Shown here: positions 50,064 through 63,268 of the stretch, piece by piece
Position numbering within the stretch: the stretch's first letter is position 1
Layout of the letters: every line of letters begins with the position of its first letter
NCBI RefSeq assembly: GCF_006345805.1
Contig: NC_043003.1
Span: 78,368,001 to 78,432,000, forward strand
From: Octopus sinensis
Taxonomy: Eukaryota
Direction: 5' to 3'
Length of the DNA stretch: 64,000 nt
The notes under the pieces: model-generated
What the model was told of the DNA's origin: nothing
The model's database searches: none
The model's input: the letters and a program-made list of their open reading frames with translations, nothing else
Translations under genes and position numbers: made by a program

Positions 50064-51012
50064 ATTTATATGAAATAGTTTCAAAAGTTTTATATTGTTA
50101 TTTTTTAAGTTACGTAATTGCACTAATAAACCTTGTTGAAATAATAAATACAAATGGTAAGATGGTAAGCTGAAAGTTATAACTGCTTAACGGAGGGGTG
50201 GAAGCAAAGAAAATTGCCTACTTTAGCGATGGTAGCAGCGGTGCTAAGTACTACTGCCCAATGGCGTGAATGCAATAGTATAGTAGTAACTTTTGTATTA
50301 GTAACGGTGGAACTAGTGGCAGTCACAGGAACATATGCCATTCAAGAGAAAGAGAACGCGTGTTTTAAAAGTTTGGTCAAACAAGGAAGTAATATTTTCT
50401 TGAACAGTTTCTGAAACTATTGAAATTGAATTCCTCTGAGAAGCTTCCTTATCTTCCAAAAGAGCTTTGTAATGTCTGCTTGGAAGACTTGGAAAGTTTT
50501 CCCCCCATAATCATAATCACAACACCGTTATTCCATAAATAAGTAGAAGTTAAGAACTAGTGTTGTGTGTGTGTGTGTGTGTGTATTTATGTGTGTGCAT
50601 ATCTGTGTTTGTGTGTGTGTGCGTGTATTTATGTGTGTGCATATGTGTTTGTGTGTACATATGTATGTGAAACGGAGAGAGAGAGAGAGAGAGAGAGAGA
50701 ATGATAGAGAGAAAGAGAGAGTGACAGAGAAAGACAAGCAGAAAGATAACGCCCAAAATACACATAACACACACACCAACACACACACACAAACGCGCAC
50801 TCACACATACATGTATGTGTGTGTGTCAGTACGTATCTATGTATGTATATTTGTGTGTAAGCGTGTATTCATGTACGTACGTACGTACGTATGTATGTAT
50901 GTATGTATGTATGTATGTATGTATGTATGTACGTACGTACGTGTACGTACGTACGTATGTACGTATGTACGTATGTATGTATGTATGTATGTATGTATCA
51001 GTGGACTGGAGT

Positions 51013-51308
51013 TTGTTTGTTCCTTCTCGAGCCATGCCTGGCTCATAAGGGCTGGTCCCGGTTTCCTTGGCGTATAGGTTCCCCACCTGGACGGGACGCC
51101 GGTCCGTCGCAGGTGAGCAACAAGATGCAGGAGGAAAGAGTGAGAGAAACTTGTGGCGAAAGAGTCAGCAGAAGTTCGCCAGTACCTTCTGCCGGAGCCG
51201 CGTGGAGCTTAGGTGTTTCGCTCATAAGCACAAACATCGCCCGGTCTAAGATTCGAACTCGCGATCCCTTGACCGCGAGTTCGCTGCTCTAACCACTAGG
51301 CCATGTGC
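51013..51308 (-). mobile_element. Family-C1 SINE
   Basis: Close copy of 8960-9244. Confidence 0.85.
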
Positions 51309-51599
51309 TCCAGTGGAATGGAGTAAGTGTCGGTATATTTTTACCGACTCTGACTAAATCTGTAAAATTTCTTATTTCACAGATACTGATTTGACTATCT
51401 TTTGCGCGGAAAATAAATCAGATTTAATGTTTTCTATGAAGGAGGGTCAGTTAGAAGTATCACTTTTTCTAAAAAGAAGTCTCTGAATTTGGCTTGGGGA
51501 CCTATGATTTAACCCTTAATCCATAGACACATTTGTTTCCTTAATCAATTTTGTCAGTATTTTACAATATTACCCCTTACCCCAGGAAGTTCAGGGTAG

Positions 51600-51969
51600 C
51601 GGGTAATTCGATCACATCAACCACAGTGTTCAACTAGTACTTATTTTATTGATTCCGAAACGATGAAAGGCAAAGTCGACCTCGGCGGAATTTGAACTCA
51701 GAACGTAAAGACGGACGCAATGCAGCTTAGCATTTTATCCAGTGTGCTAACGATTCTGCCAGCTTAGTATTTTACAATGCTGGCATAGCTGTGTGGTTAA
51801 GAAGCTCGCTCTGCGAACACGTGGTTTGAGGTTCAGTCCTATTCCGCGGCATTTTAGGCAAGTGTCTCTATTATAGCTCCGGGCCAACCACTGGCTTGTG
51901 AGAGAATTTGATAGACGGAAGCTGTGCGACAGGTAGTCGTGTGCGTACGTGTGTGTGTGTGTGTGACTG

Positions 51970-52000
<31 letters not shown>

Positions 52001-52190
52001 TGTGTTCGCGCGCTTGACCACCATGTTTGGTTCTCTTACGGCCCCATAATCTAGCGGCTCGACAAAAGATTCCGATAAAATACGTTTCAGACCAAAAAAT
52101 AATTCCTGGGGTCAATTTGTTCGACTAAACACTTCAAGGCTGTGCTCCAGCATGGCTGCAGTCCAATGACCGAAACAAGTAAAGAACAGT
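51600..52190. mobile_element. Family-B SINE (51600-51765 -) adjacent to a family-A SINE (51783-52190 +)
   Basis: Family motifs. Confidence 0.75.
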
Positions 52191-52873
52191 AAGAAAAGAT
52201 AGTATAATTTTCATACCATTTAAAAATTGCTTTTACATTATCTTCACTAATACAAACAATCTGTCAATCTCTAAAAAAACACGGAGGTTGTATCTGAGTT
52301 TATTTCTTTTAAAACGGCCGTTATTTTTAAAGTTGCTTTAAGTGTTAAGTCTTTCAGTTTTAACGCTGGTAAACAAAGATGTTCTTGATTTTCTTTTATA
52401 ATATAATACTTTATTTTATCTATATCCTGTTGCTCCATAGTCTTTTAATAAAATAAACTTTTCTTTTGTTTAAGTCCTGTTAATTTTGTTATGCGCTAAA
52501 TTGTTCGTAACTTCTTTTATAAATAATATAGCTATAGCCTTCAAACCTAAGCATTAACACATTAAAGTGCTATTATAATGAGACTCTAATAGCCAGCGGG
52601 TTTAAAGACCATAATACCTATATGCCTCGTCTTAACATTCACAAGAAAAAGAGCTGGCGTGAATTCTTCTTTGCCCGCCTTTTCACTCAACGTGGAAACC
52701 TACATAAGAAGGGCCTTACTTTGATTAGTGGATAAGCAGCCTCATAAGTATAGGGGGTTATTCACAGACATAATTAAAGGGTCCCGTTTAGCGCCTAGTA
52801 TAAAGAAAATAAAAGCGAACGCCACAAATCAATGTGAAGAGCCAGGGTGCTCGTGTAGGGTTAACAGTGAGTG

Positions 52874-53544
52874 TACTTTACTTGTACTTGTGACGGTGTT
52901 CACGCAGGGCGAGTTGAGCCGGCTTCTTCTCTGGTCCTGACGGCATCACGAACCATGGCGGCCCACGCTCGACAGTCCCGTGCGAGGTCACTGGAGATAG
53001 CGAGCCATTCGCAGATCCATCTGCGCAGACCGACCACCTGCGGACCTGAGAGTTCGGAAGGGTCCTCCTTTATCGTCGTTGCCCACGTCTTCAGCTGCCC
53101 GCCCGTGCGTTTGCGCCAATTGGGAAGTGGAGGTAGGAGGAGAACATCGCGAATCAGCTCACCCTCTGGACACCGGGCTGCATGACCGAACCACCTTAAG
53201 CGCCGTTGTAGAAGCACCGAAGGGAGGGGCCGGAGATTCAGGCGATCATGAAGACCGGCTGTAGGAACCCGATCAATGCGTCGGCAGTGAAGAATGCTGC
53301 GGAGACAGTCATTGTCGAACACTATCAGCTTTCGCCGTTCGACTACCCTCATAGGCCATGTTTCGCAACCATAGAGGAGGATAGTACGAACGACGGCTTG
53401 GTAGATTCGCCCTTTGGTCACCGAGGATATCTCTCTTCTGTCCCACAGGTACCGCTGGAGGCGCACGAATGCGGATCTGGCAGCACCTATGCGACGCTCG
53501 ATCTCGGCTGGAACCACCGTTGAACCCAGGTAGACGAACCCAGG
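52874..53544 (-). mobile_element. 5'-truncated RTE-clade LINE with (CAAGTA)-type tail and 12-bp TSD
   Basis: FVYLGS..EIERRIGAARSAF..LLYGCETW..RLRWFGHAAR..GGQLKTW. TSD taacagtga(g/a)tg at 52862-52873 and 53545-53556. Confidence 0.92.
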
Positions 53545-54519
53545 TAACAGTGAATGCCCAGTGAATGATCGATATAATACTGAGGCTGTGGCCCATGAAG
53601 CTAAGATGGTGTTGTTGAACAACAGCAACAACAACGGAGGAACACAGAGACAAATATTGAGCAACGGAGGGCTTCTTGCAGTCCTCTTTTTGAATTCAAG
53701 TGAAGCGCAACGTTAAAACATGAGCTAGCTATATAAGGCTATAAAAGGAAGGAACTCCGTAGAAAAACAACTGGAAACTGCTGGAACAACCTCGGTCATA
53801 GCTGAATAGAAGTAGACGTTGCAAATTTACTTGGATAAAGGAGAATAAGCCTAAAGAATTTACATGACCCGGTAGCCTTCCAGAACACAAAAGGCGAAAC
53901 ATTTAGTCGTTGTCCTCATGATGAGAAATTTATTTTGGCAACGTCGTCGTCTCCATTTTCGCACTAGAAAACGGAAAATATGTACGCAGGCAAAACACCC
54001 CCTCCCTTACTTTCCGGCCAAAGCTGACATTGTACCATGGGAGAAAACTCTTCTTTCTCTTATAGGAAATGCTAACTTTTCATTATCTTTTTCATTCAGC
54101 TTTTCATCACCACCGAGTGAACCAGGACTGTGCATTCCAGTATGTGTGCGTGCGCGCGTGAATGTGTGTATTTGTGTGTTTCAGTATGTCTGTACACACA
54201 CATGCACACATCAGCCGCTGGCTGAGACTGTTGATATCTCACTGGCAACGTGTTTTTTTTTCCATATCACCTATCTTCAGATATATGACAGTACTTTATT
54301 TATATATTGTCACCAATAGAACCAGTTGATTGGTTATACGAATCAACTAGGTTATTTGGAATAACATAAATACTGCAAGCAGTCGGCGATTAGACATTCA
54401 CTGTTTCATATAGTAATTAATAATGTAGGGGCACTACGGGAGACACTTCTGAGTGAAGCAGTTAAACACAAGTGGTTGAATGTCTTGCCACACATGATCT
54501 TATGATATTAGTTTCAAAT

Positions 54520-54722
54520 TTTGGCACAAAGCTAGCAATTTCGGGCCAGAGGGCAAGTCGTTTACATCGACGCCAGTACTCAACTGGTAGTTATTTTATC
54601 GACTCCGAAACACTGAAAGGCAAAGTCGGCCTTGGCGGAGTTTGAACTCAAAACGTAAAGACGGACGAACTGTCGCTAAGAATTTTGCCCGGCGTGCTAA
54701 CGATTCTGCCAGCTCACCGCCT
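54520..54722 (-). mobile_element. Family-B SINE
   Basis: Family-B motifs. Confidence 0.75.
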
Positions 54723-54801
54723 CACATGATCTCATAATATTGCTGCGGTTACCATATAAGTAAAAACCCAATTGAAATCCGCAAGTTGTAGTTTTGAGGT
54801 C

Positions 54802-55178
54802 TTAAACTGGGGTTTGGAAATACGTATGTATGTATGTATGTATGTATGTATGTATGTATGTATGTATGTATGTACGTACGTACGTACGTATGTATTCAGT
54901 TTATTTCAAGATTTTTTGCCAATAGAGAAAGAACCGGTTTCTAACCTAGATCCAAGGCTCCTTCATTGGAATTTTAACATAACGGTATTTCTGTATGTAC
55001 GTACGTACGTACGTATGTATGTATGTATGTATGTATGTATGTATGTATGTATGTATGTATGTATGTACGTACGTTTGTATTCAGTTTATTTCAAGATTTT
55101 TTGCCAATAGAGAAAGAACCGGTTTCTAACCTAGATCCAAGGCTCCTTCATTGGAATTTAAACATAACAGGGTATTTT

Positions 55179-55210
<32 letters not shown>

Positions 55211-55275
55211 TGTATGTATGTATGTATGTATGTATGTATGTATGTATGTGTATGTATGTATGTATGTATGTGTCT
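54802..55275 (+). repeat. Two copies of a ~95-bp unit separated and flanked by (TATG)n/(TACG)n
   Basis: tattcagtttatttcaagattttttgcc...cattggaattt.aacataac at ~54891 and ~55078. Confidence 0.9.
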
Positions 55276-55880
55276 ATCTATCTATCTTGATGTCAGTGTC
55301 CGACTTCGCGATTTACTAAGTTATCAATGAAAAAGCAAACAAACAAACAGCACCCCCGGTGATGGATTACCTCATCAGGCGTACTTTTGATACTGACTGA
55401 GCATAAATAAGTTATCCAAGCAACAAGTGTCAAAGTCTGTAGCTATTTCCGAATTAGTTTAGATTAATTAATGGTAACATGCTATTTAATGTATTTATCT
55501 ATACATACATTACATACTATACTATATATATAATGTACATAGGTGTGTGTGTGTGTGTGTGTGTGGTGTGTGTGTGTGTGTGTGTGTGTTTGTGCGCGCG
55601 TGTGTGTGTTGTTTAATGCATACAAATTTAGAAAGATCGAGAGAACGTAAAATGATTTCAAAAGTGAATTCGAAATAGATAAAGGTGTAAATAATATCGT
55701 GTAAATATTGGTTTAAAGATCCCTTTGGATAGGAAAGGTCGAAGGCTACTTAGGGGGACACGAATCCATGTTTTCTGCAAACATATGTATGTATGTATGT
55801 ATGTATATTTGTATGTATGTGGATTGTTGTCAATTTTTTTCCTTCATCTTCCTTTTCTAATGGATTTTCTTCTGTCTCCT

Positions 55881-55915
55881 GTTTCTGAAGAAAAGCTTTG
55901 TTCGAAACGTAAAGC
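55881..55915 (+). ncRNA. Minimal hammerhead-like motif (PLE family Y terminus, ~55860-56030)
   Basis: GTTT-CTGAAGA-A-AAGCtttGTTC-GAAAC-GTA-AAGC. The CUGAnGA core is canonical, but the base pair of stem II is mismatched. Confidence 0.55.
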
Positions 55916-56027
55916 ACCCTTTCTTTCCTTCCCTCAGCGTCTTATTAATACTTTGCATGTACCACGTCCTCGCATTGTTTTTTCTTCTGTTTTTGCTTCG
56001 TTTATAATTTTTTGGGGGGTGGGGATA

Positions 56028-56062
<35 letters not shown>

Positions 56063-56227
56063 TATATATATATATATAGTTGATACTCTGTTATCAATAG
56101 GTTTAGCCCAGAGACAAGTAAATACGGCCTAGCCTAGCCTTGAGACAAATTAATTCGACTTAAATCGTTTTCCGATTTAATTCGTGTCTCCTGGAACCAA
56201 TTAATGATGTAGAGTGAGGTATGCCTG

Positions 56228-56289
<62 letters not shown>

Positions 56290-56300
<11 letters not shown>

Positions 56301-57112
56301 GCAGTTTGTCTGTCTGTGTGTCTGTCAGGTTGTACACTCACCTGACCACGGCTTTCAACCGATTCTGATGAAACTTGGCACACACATAGCCCAATGTCAT
56401 AATTCAAAACTAACGCAGCGAAAAAAGTTCCCCCAGTTCTGAAAAAAATCGATAAATACGACATGGGGTCGAGAATCTAAGCTTATCATATGCAACATAT
56501 TTTCCGTTGTAGTTTTCGCAACTTGCAATCGATTTTAGCCAATCTCATGGTGAAGCTTAATGTTACCCTAAGGAACTTAATTCTGAAGTTTGTTTTCCAT
56601 GCAATACCTTACCATCAGAAAAAATCGATAAAATCATGCCATTTTGGGAAATAGCGTTCAAATTCAATATGACATATTTTCGACAATATCTTTTTGAAAT
56701 TCACAGCGAGCATCATGTCAGCTCCAAGGAGCTATATGGCCCTTTTGATTCCAATAGGATACGTTATTACTGGAAAAAATCGGTTAATTACATTATATGT
56801 GGCACACATAGCAAACCAATTTTTCTGCGATATTTTTTGAAAGTTCACATAGATTTTTCCTTCACCGATGTTGGACATCAAGTTTGCATTAAATGTCAAA
56901 CTAACGACCTTTTGTCAATGCAGTTAACAAGTATTGGGAAATATCGACAAAACCATATCACTTTGAGACCGACCATACGAACCCTACAAAACTGACTTTT
57001 GTTATTTACAAAATAACGGTTCAATGTGTACAAAAAGGGGTAAAAAGGTAAAGGGCATTGCTTATCGACAAAGTTTCTTACATACCCGGGCAACGCCGGG
57101 CTATGCTGCTAG
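56290..57112 (+). mobile_element. Non-autonomous Helitron (DINE/HINE/Lep1-like)
   Basis: 5' tataaaaggcagtttgtctgtctg...caaccgattctgatgaaacttggcacac. The 3' end has the hairpin cccgggcaacgccggg, then CTAG (57109-57112), then T. Confidence 0.85.
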
Positions 57113-57432
57113 TATATATATATATATACACATAACAATAATAATCCTTGGATGGAATTTATCATTTATTGTTATTACTATAGTTATACTACATTATATC
57201 GGAACCGCTCAGTGCAACCCCAAAAAACTGGTGTCGCCAGTTAGATCCATTAGGCTGTAGCCAGCATAATAGAATTCGAGCTTTCTTTTTATGCATATTC
57301 AAAATGTTTCCCATAAACGAACTTAAAGGATATATATAGTAAATCCAAAAAAGAACAAACACAAAAAACAACAACGTGAAGACGTGGTACATGTAATGTA
57401 TTAGCAGACGCTCAGGGAAGGAAAGAAAGATG

Positions 57433-57468
57433 GTTTAACGTTTCGAGTAGACGCTCTTCTTCGGAAAC
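57433..57468 (-). ncRNA. Minimal hammerhead-like motif (PLE family Y terminus, ~57335-57535)
   Basis: GTTT-CCGAAGA-A-GAGcgtctaCTC-GAAAC-GTT-AAAC. Stems I and II are perfect, AACGTT is palindromic, and the core has U4C. Confidence 0.6.
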
Positions 57469-57536
57469 AGAGGAAAGTCCAGTAGAAGACGGAGGCAGAA
57501 AACGCCAACGATTCACATGTAGTTACATTTTGAAAT

Positions 57537-57570
<34 letters not shown>

Positions 57571-58313
57571 TATATACATGAATAAGACCCATTAGCTGTT
57601 CTAAAGGTACATATCTGATGATAATCCATGGCAAAAGATAGTAGAAGTTACCAGTTCTATATTTGATGGAACTGCTTACTTCCATTATCCTTTACCTATA
57701 ACATTATTATTTATTCGAGCATGGAACTACCTAACTTATACTTCCTGATACTTCCTTTCATTTTTCGACAAACTTGAAAATATTAATATCCACCATTGGG
57801 TATATTCTTCACTTTCATATTTTCTTCTCTCTCTCCGATAGCGGCTTATTTAGCTTACGGAATCATTACTCAATATCATGATCTGTATGCTTAGCTATTC
57901 TAGCCGTATGAAACTCTATCTGTTTATATTCTCTGTCTTAATTAAATGTATTTTTGAGTGATGCCAAATGTTTTGCCTTTTCATTTTCTATTCTAATACA
58001 CACACATATACACACGCGCGTGTGTGTGCGTATGTATGTATGTATGTATGTATGTATGTATGTATGTATGTATGTATGTATGTATGTATGTATGTATTTA
58101 TGTATGTACACATCTTTGTTTAACATAAGCTTCATAAGTAACTCGAAAGCTTACAGTTTCTCACAAGACAGCAAGTGACATGTAAGTATTATGTATAATT
58201 CAATGCAAACGCCTTGAAGCACTAATCTAGGGCACACGAAAAAGACTAGCTATCTGTGTGTGAATGTAATGCAAATATATATTAGAATGGTTATTAAACA
58301 AACCAGGATATAT

Positions 58314-58411
<98 letters not shown>

Positions 58412-59341
58412 TATATATATAACATGTTAAATAGGAATTCAACTCTACCCTTACTAACAAACAACAATACGCAAACTTTGTGGCTATCTTGTAATCAATT
58501 AGCCATACAACCAAAGACTGCTTACAAAAGCCACATTGTATCCATTGAAAAAAAGAAATCCTATACAACTAATTATATACATCTACTTACCCTGCTCTAA
58601 TTAGAGTTTATATATAAATATATATATATATATACGTTCGTATATGTAAGTATTTGTATGTTATATGTATATATATGTGTGTATTTATGTTACTTTCAGC
58701 GTATATTCCACTGATGAGGCAAAGCATTTCTTACTGCAAAGTCAGAAATCCGGGATCTGGAATTATCCAGTAATTTTTTGCTAGTTTTATTTTGTTTTTT
58801 TTTTTGTCTTCTCTTCTTATGCTGTATGAACACTTAATGTGGTTTTAGAGTCAGATTTTGGCTGTTATTTTCAGCATGGAGGTATCTCGCAGATACCCTA
58901 AATTATAATTATATATATATATATACACACAAACAGCTATACACATCGACTCTCTACAAAAAAGGATTGAATGCTTATTTTCATTTAGTTTTATATCGTA
59001 TTTGGTTAACAATATCACTGTTGGTTTCGTTAGTCACAAGTTTACGACAGGCAAAAACCACTGCTTCACTGCATTTTACGGAGAGTGTGAAGGTAAGAGA
59101 ATGTCTGTTCCGCCGTGTAGAACTGTTATCTAAGGGGACTTCATAAAAAATACCGTTTTCTTGTCGACGTGTATTTGTGTTGGTGAAAAACAATATATGC
59201 ATATAGATATATATATAGACGGCGCTCTCTTGCACATTTTCTGTTCAAGATTGAAAGGAAAACTACGTGGTTCTTCAACACGCGCGCACGCGTGTATACA
59301 CACACTTGCATACACATATAACTCATACATATCAGTGTATG

Positions 59342-59375
<34 letters not shown>

Positions 59376-59424
59376 TGTATGTATGTATGTATGTATGCAT
59401 AATGTACCCAAAATATCTTACAAT

Positions 59425-59840
59425 CTCAATCTTGATATCAAAATTCGGCTGGGAGGGATTAAGTTGATCACATCGACGCCGGTTTTGAACTGGTACTTAT
59501 TGCATCGACCCGGAAACGATGAAAGACCAAAGTCAACTTCGGCGGAATTTGAACTAAGATGGACAAAATACCGCTAAGCATTTTGCCCGGCGTGCAAACG
59601 ATTCTTCCAGCTCACCGTCGTAGACACAGGTATGATAATGATTTCTAATTTTAGCACAAAGCCAGCAAGTTCGAGAGTGTGTGTGAGCTGAGTAAGTCGA
59701 TTACATCGACTCCAGTGCTTAACTGATACTTATTTTATCGACCCCGAAAATATGAAAGGCAAAGTTGACCTCGGCGGAATTTGAATTCACAACGTCAAGA
59801 CGGACGAAATACCACTAAGCATTTCGCCCGGGGGATAACG
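59425..59840 (-). mobile_element. Two family-B SINEs (59425-59620 and 59640-59840)
   Basis: Family-B motifs. Confidence 0.75.
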
Positions 59841-59880
59841 ATTTAGACGCAAGTATAATAATAATAATAATAATAATAAT

Positions 59881-60420
59881 AGTACCAGGCAGTGGCTCTC
59901 ATGGCTTCTGATCTTAACTGATTGGAAGTGTTATCATGTACATTGTTCTGTCTTGGTATAAAAGATGGGCTACAGCAAATATTCTGCTCAATACCACAGA
60001 TTTGCTTGTCAGTTGTTTGACATTAACCAGTTGAGCATGTCCCTTAGTGGCTGACGATATGTGCATCTCTGATCACGAGCAGAAGTAGTGGGGGAGCATC
60101 ATAGCCATGTGTTGAGAGGGGTTCTTTGGGGTTTGAATAATTCACCTCTGGAGACATGGGTGGGTTTTTCAACATCCTTAAACAACCATTATTCAGGGAC
60201 CGTTTGAGCGGGATGGGCTACTCATCATGAAGAAAATTCTAATGGGCCCCACCTGCAAGGCCATGTGCTGTTTATCTTGATATGAGATCACCATGCCGCG
60301 CACATATGGTTGTGATGCATGTGCCTGGTGTGCCCTATCAGACGGTAGTCATGATGGGTATATTGGGCTTCGTATATTTTACCCCGATGTCACTTTGATG
60401 GCATGCATGCTCTCTCACTC
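59881..60420 (+). mobile_element. Family D, longest copy, flanked by (AAT)n (duplicated at 61873-62417)
   Basis: (aat)n-agtaccaggcagtggctctc...ctctctcactc-(aat)n. Confidence 0.8.
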
Positions 60421-60440
60421 AATATAATAAAATAATAATA

Positions 60441-60471
<31 letters not shown>

Positions 60472-60789
60472 TAGAATTAAATTTTCACCTCAATAAAATC
60501 AAATAAATCCAATAATAGAAAAAAATGTTTCAAATCAGTACAAAAATGTTGCTGTGCTCGTTCGTTTTGGCAATGAAGTTTTCAGGAGGACGTTCAAAGT
60601 GTTTTAATTGCTCTACCAAAAATGTTATGGGGTGCGCTTGCACCCCTTGCATCTCCTGTTTCCAACCTAATTATTGTATGTTTGGTATACAATGATGCCA
60701 GTAGCAAAAGTTTCATTACACATCTGTCAGGAATAAGCTTTTGATTGATGGGACCAAATGTGTCCAGATGGGACCCATCCTTAAGAAAT

Positions 60790-61150
60790 TCTATGCTTAT
60801 AAGCCTCGCTTCTAACGAACTCTTCGTTGAGAATACTTTAAGCGTTTGAAACTATGAACTGATTCTACGACTGCTTTGAAAAAACATCTTTTCGTGTTGT
60901 CTGGAAGGAGGACTTCCGTATAATTCTGACTCTGTCCAGGGCATTCCATGCTTTTTCAGTTCTTTCCTGTGTGTCATTTCTGTTGAAGCAATATTACTCC
61001 CCAGGTAGCTGAATTCACCAAACATCTTCAGATAGTTGCCATTCAGAGCACAAATACCACCTGTTACGTTGTAGTTCATGTATTGAGTCTTACCAGGATT
61101 GACATATAGTCCTATTTGTGCAGCTGCAGTCTCGAATGAATGTAGCATGA
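60790..61150 (-). mobile_element. Degenerate RTE reverse-transcriptase fragment
   Basis: LHSFETAAAQIGLYVNPGKTQYM..FSYLGSNIASTE, then a frameshift to KAWNAL. Confidence 0.75.
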
Positions 61151-61302
61151 ACTTATTGAATCGGTGGTGATATCATTAGATTCTGAGTGGATGAACAGTT
61201 AACAAACTGTCAATGGCCAGGCTCAACCGATTCATTTCGCGAACTACTGCTATCATCTGTGTTTGTGTATATACATATGTATATATATATATATATATAT
61301 AT

Positions 61303-61819
61303 CCGTAATAATGAAGGGTGAAATTAATTAATTTGGAAAAATTATCAATTACACCAAGTAGTCTTCGGCATGTAAAAGCCTCATTCGAGGAAAATTTAAG
61401 TAATACTAAGCAATAAGGGTTTAGCAACGAGTTGCCTTACCACATACCGAATTTAGAAATAGCAGTCAAAGGGTTATAGCTATTTCTTCTACTAAAAAGG
61501 GAGATCTCAGTAAAAACAGCATTTGGAAGGCAGATACCGCTAAGCATTTTGCCCGGCGTGCAAACGATTCTTCCAGCTCACCGTCGTAGACACAGGTATG
61601 ATAATGATTTCTAATTTTAGCACAAAACCAGCAAGTTCGAGAGTGTGTGTGAGCTGAGTAAGTCGATTACATCGACTCCAGTGCTTAACTGATACTTATT
61701 TTATCGACCCCGAAAATATGAAAGGCAAAGTTGACCTCGGCGGAATTTGAATTCACAACGTCAAGACGGACGAAATGCCACTAAGCATTTCGCCCGGGGG
61801 ATAACGATTTAGACGCAAG

Positions 61820-61874
<55 letters not shown>

Positions 61875-62417
61875 GTACCAGGCAGTGGCTCTCATGGCTT
61901 CTGATCTTAACTGATTGGAAGTGTTATCATGTACATTGTTCTGTCTTGGTATAAAAGATGGGCTACAGCAAATATTCTGCTCAATACCACAGATTTGCTT
62001 GTCAGTTGTTTGACCTTAACCAGTTGAGCATGTCCCTTAGTGGCTGACGATATGTGCATCTCTGATCACGAGCAGAAGTAGTGGGGGAGCATCATAGCCA
62101 TGTGTTGAGAGGGATTCTTTGGGGTTTGAATAATTCACCTCTGGAGACATGGGTGGGTTTTTCAACATCCTTAAACAACCATTATTCAGGGACCGTTTGA
62201 GCGGGATGGGCTACTCATCATGAAGAAAATTCTAACTGGGCCCCACCTGCAAGGCCATGTGCAGTTTATCTTGATATGAGATCACCATGCCGCGCACATA
62301 TGGTTGTGATGCATGTGCCTGGTGTGCCCTTATCAGACGGGTAGTCATGATGGGTATATTGGGCTTCGTATATTTTACCCCGATGTCACTTTGATGGCAT
62401 GCACTGCTCTCTCACTC

Positions 62418-62471
<54 letters not shown>

Positions 62472-62632
62472 TAGAATTAAATTTTCACCTCAATAAAATC
62501 AAATAAATCCATGCTGTTTTTACTGAGATCTCCCTTTTGTAGAAGAAATAGCTATACCCTTTGACTGCTATTTCTAAATTCGGTATGTGGTAGGCAACTC
62601 GTTGCTAAACCCTTATTGCTTAGTATTACTTA
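61303..62632. mobile_element. Composite: PLE-like terminus, ~975-bp copy of 59568-60510, then an inverted partial terminus
   Basis: Inverted arms 61397-61522 and 62511-62632. Insert 61534-62510 is nearly identical to 59568-60510. (TA)n lies on both sides. Confidence 0.85.
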
Positions 62633-62642
62633 TATATAGATA

Positions 62643-62687
<45 letters not shown>

Positions 62688-62688
62688 C

Positions 62689-62722
<34 letters not shown>

Positions 62723-63237
62723 ATATATATAATATTATATATATATATATAGATATATATTATACATACATATGTATATATATATATATATATACATACG
62801 TATATATATATATAAAATTATAATATATATATATATATATATAGGTATATATAATACATATGTTATGTATATATAATGTATACATATATATATATACATA
62901 TGTATGTATTATATGTATATATATATATACATATGTATGTATATATATGTATATATATATATATACCTATGTATTATATATAATATGTATATATATATAT
63001 ACATATGTATGTATATATATATTATATATATTATACATATATATATATACATATGTATATATATATATATATATACATATGTATGTATATATTATATATA
63101 TATATATATCATATATATATATACATATGTATGTATATATATATATATATATCATATGTATGTATATATATGTATATATATATATACATATGTATGTATA
63201 TATATGTATATATATATACATATGTATGTATATTATG

Positions 63238-63268
<31 letters not shown>

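Noticed and set aside
53545-53664. N-terminal ~40 aa of ORF 52900-53664
   Set aside because: It lies outside the TSD that bounds the RTE, so it is chance read-through from flanking DNA.
58710-58740. CTGATGAG hammerhead-like core
   Set aside because: There is no downstream GAAA and no stems.
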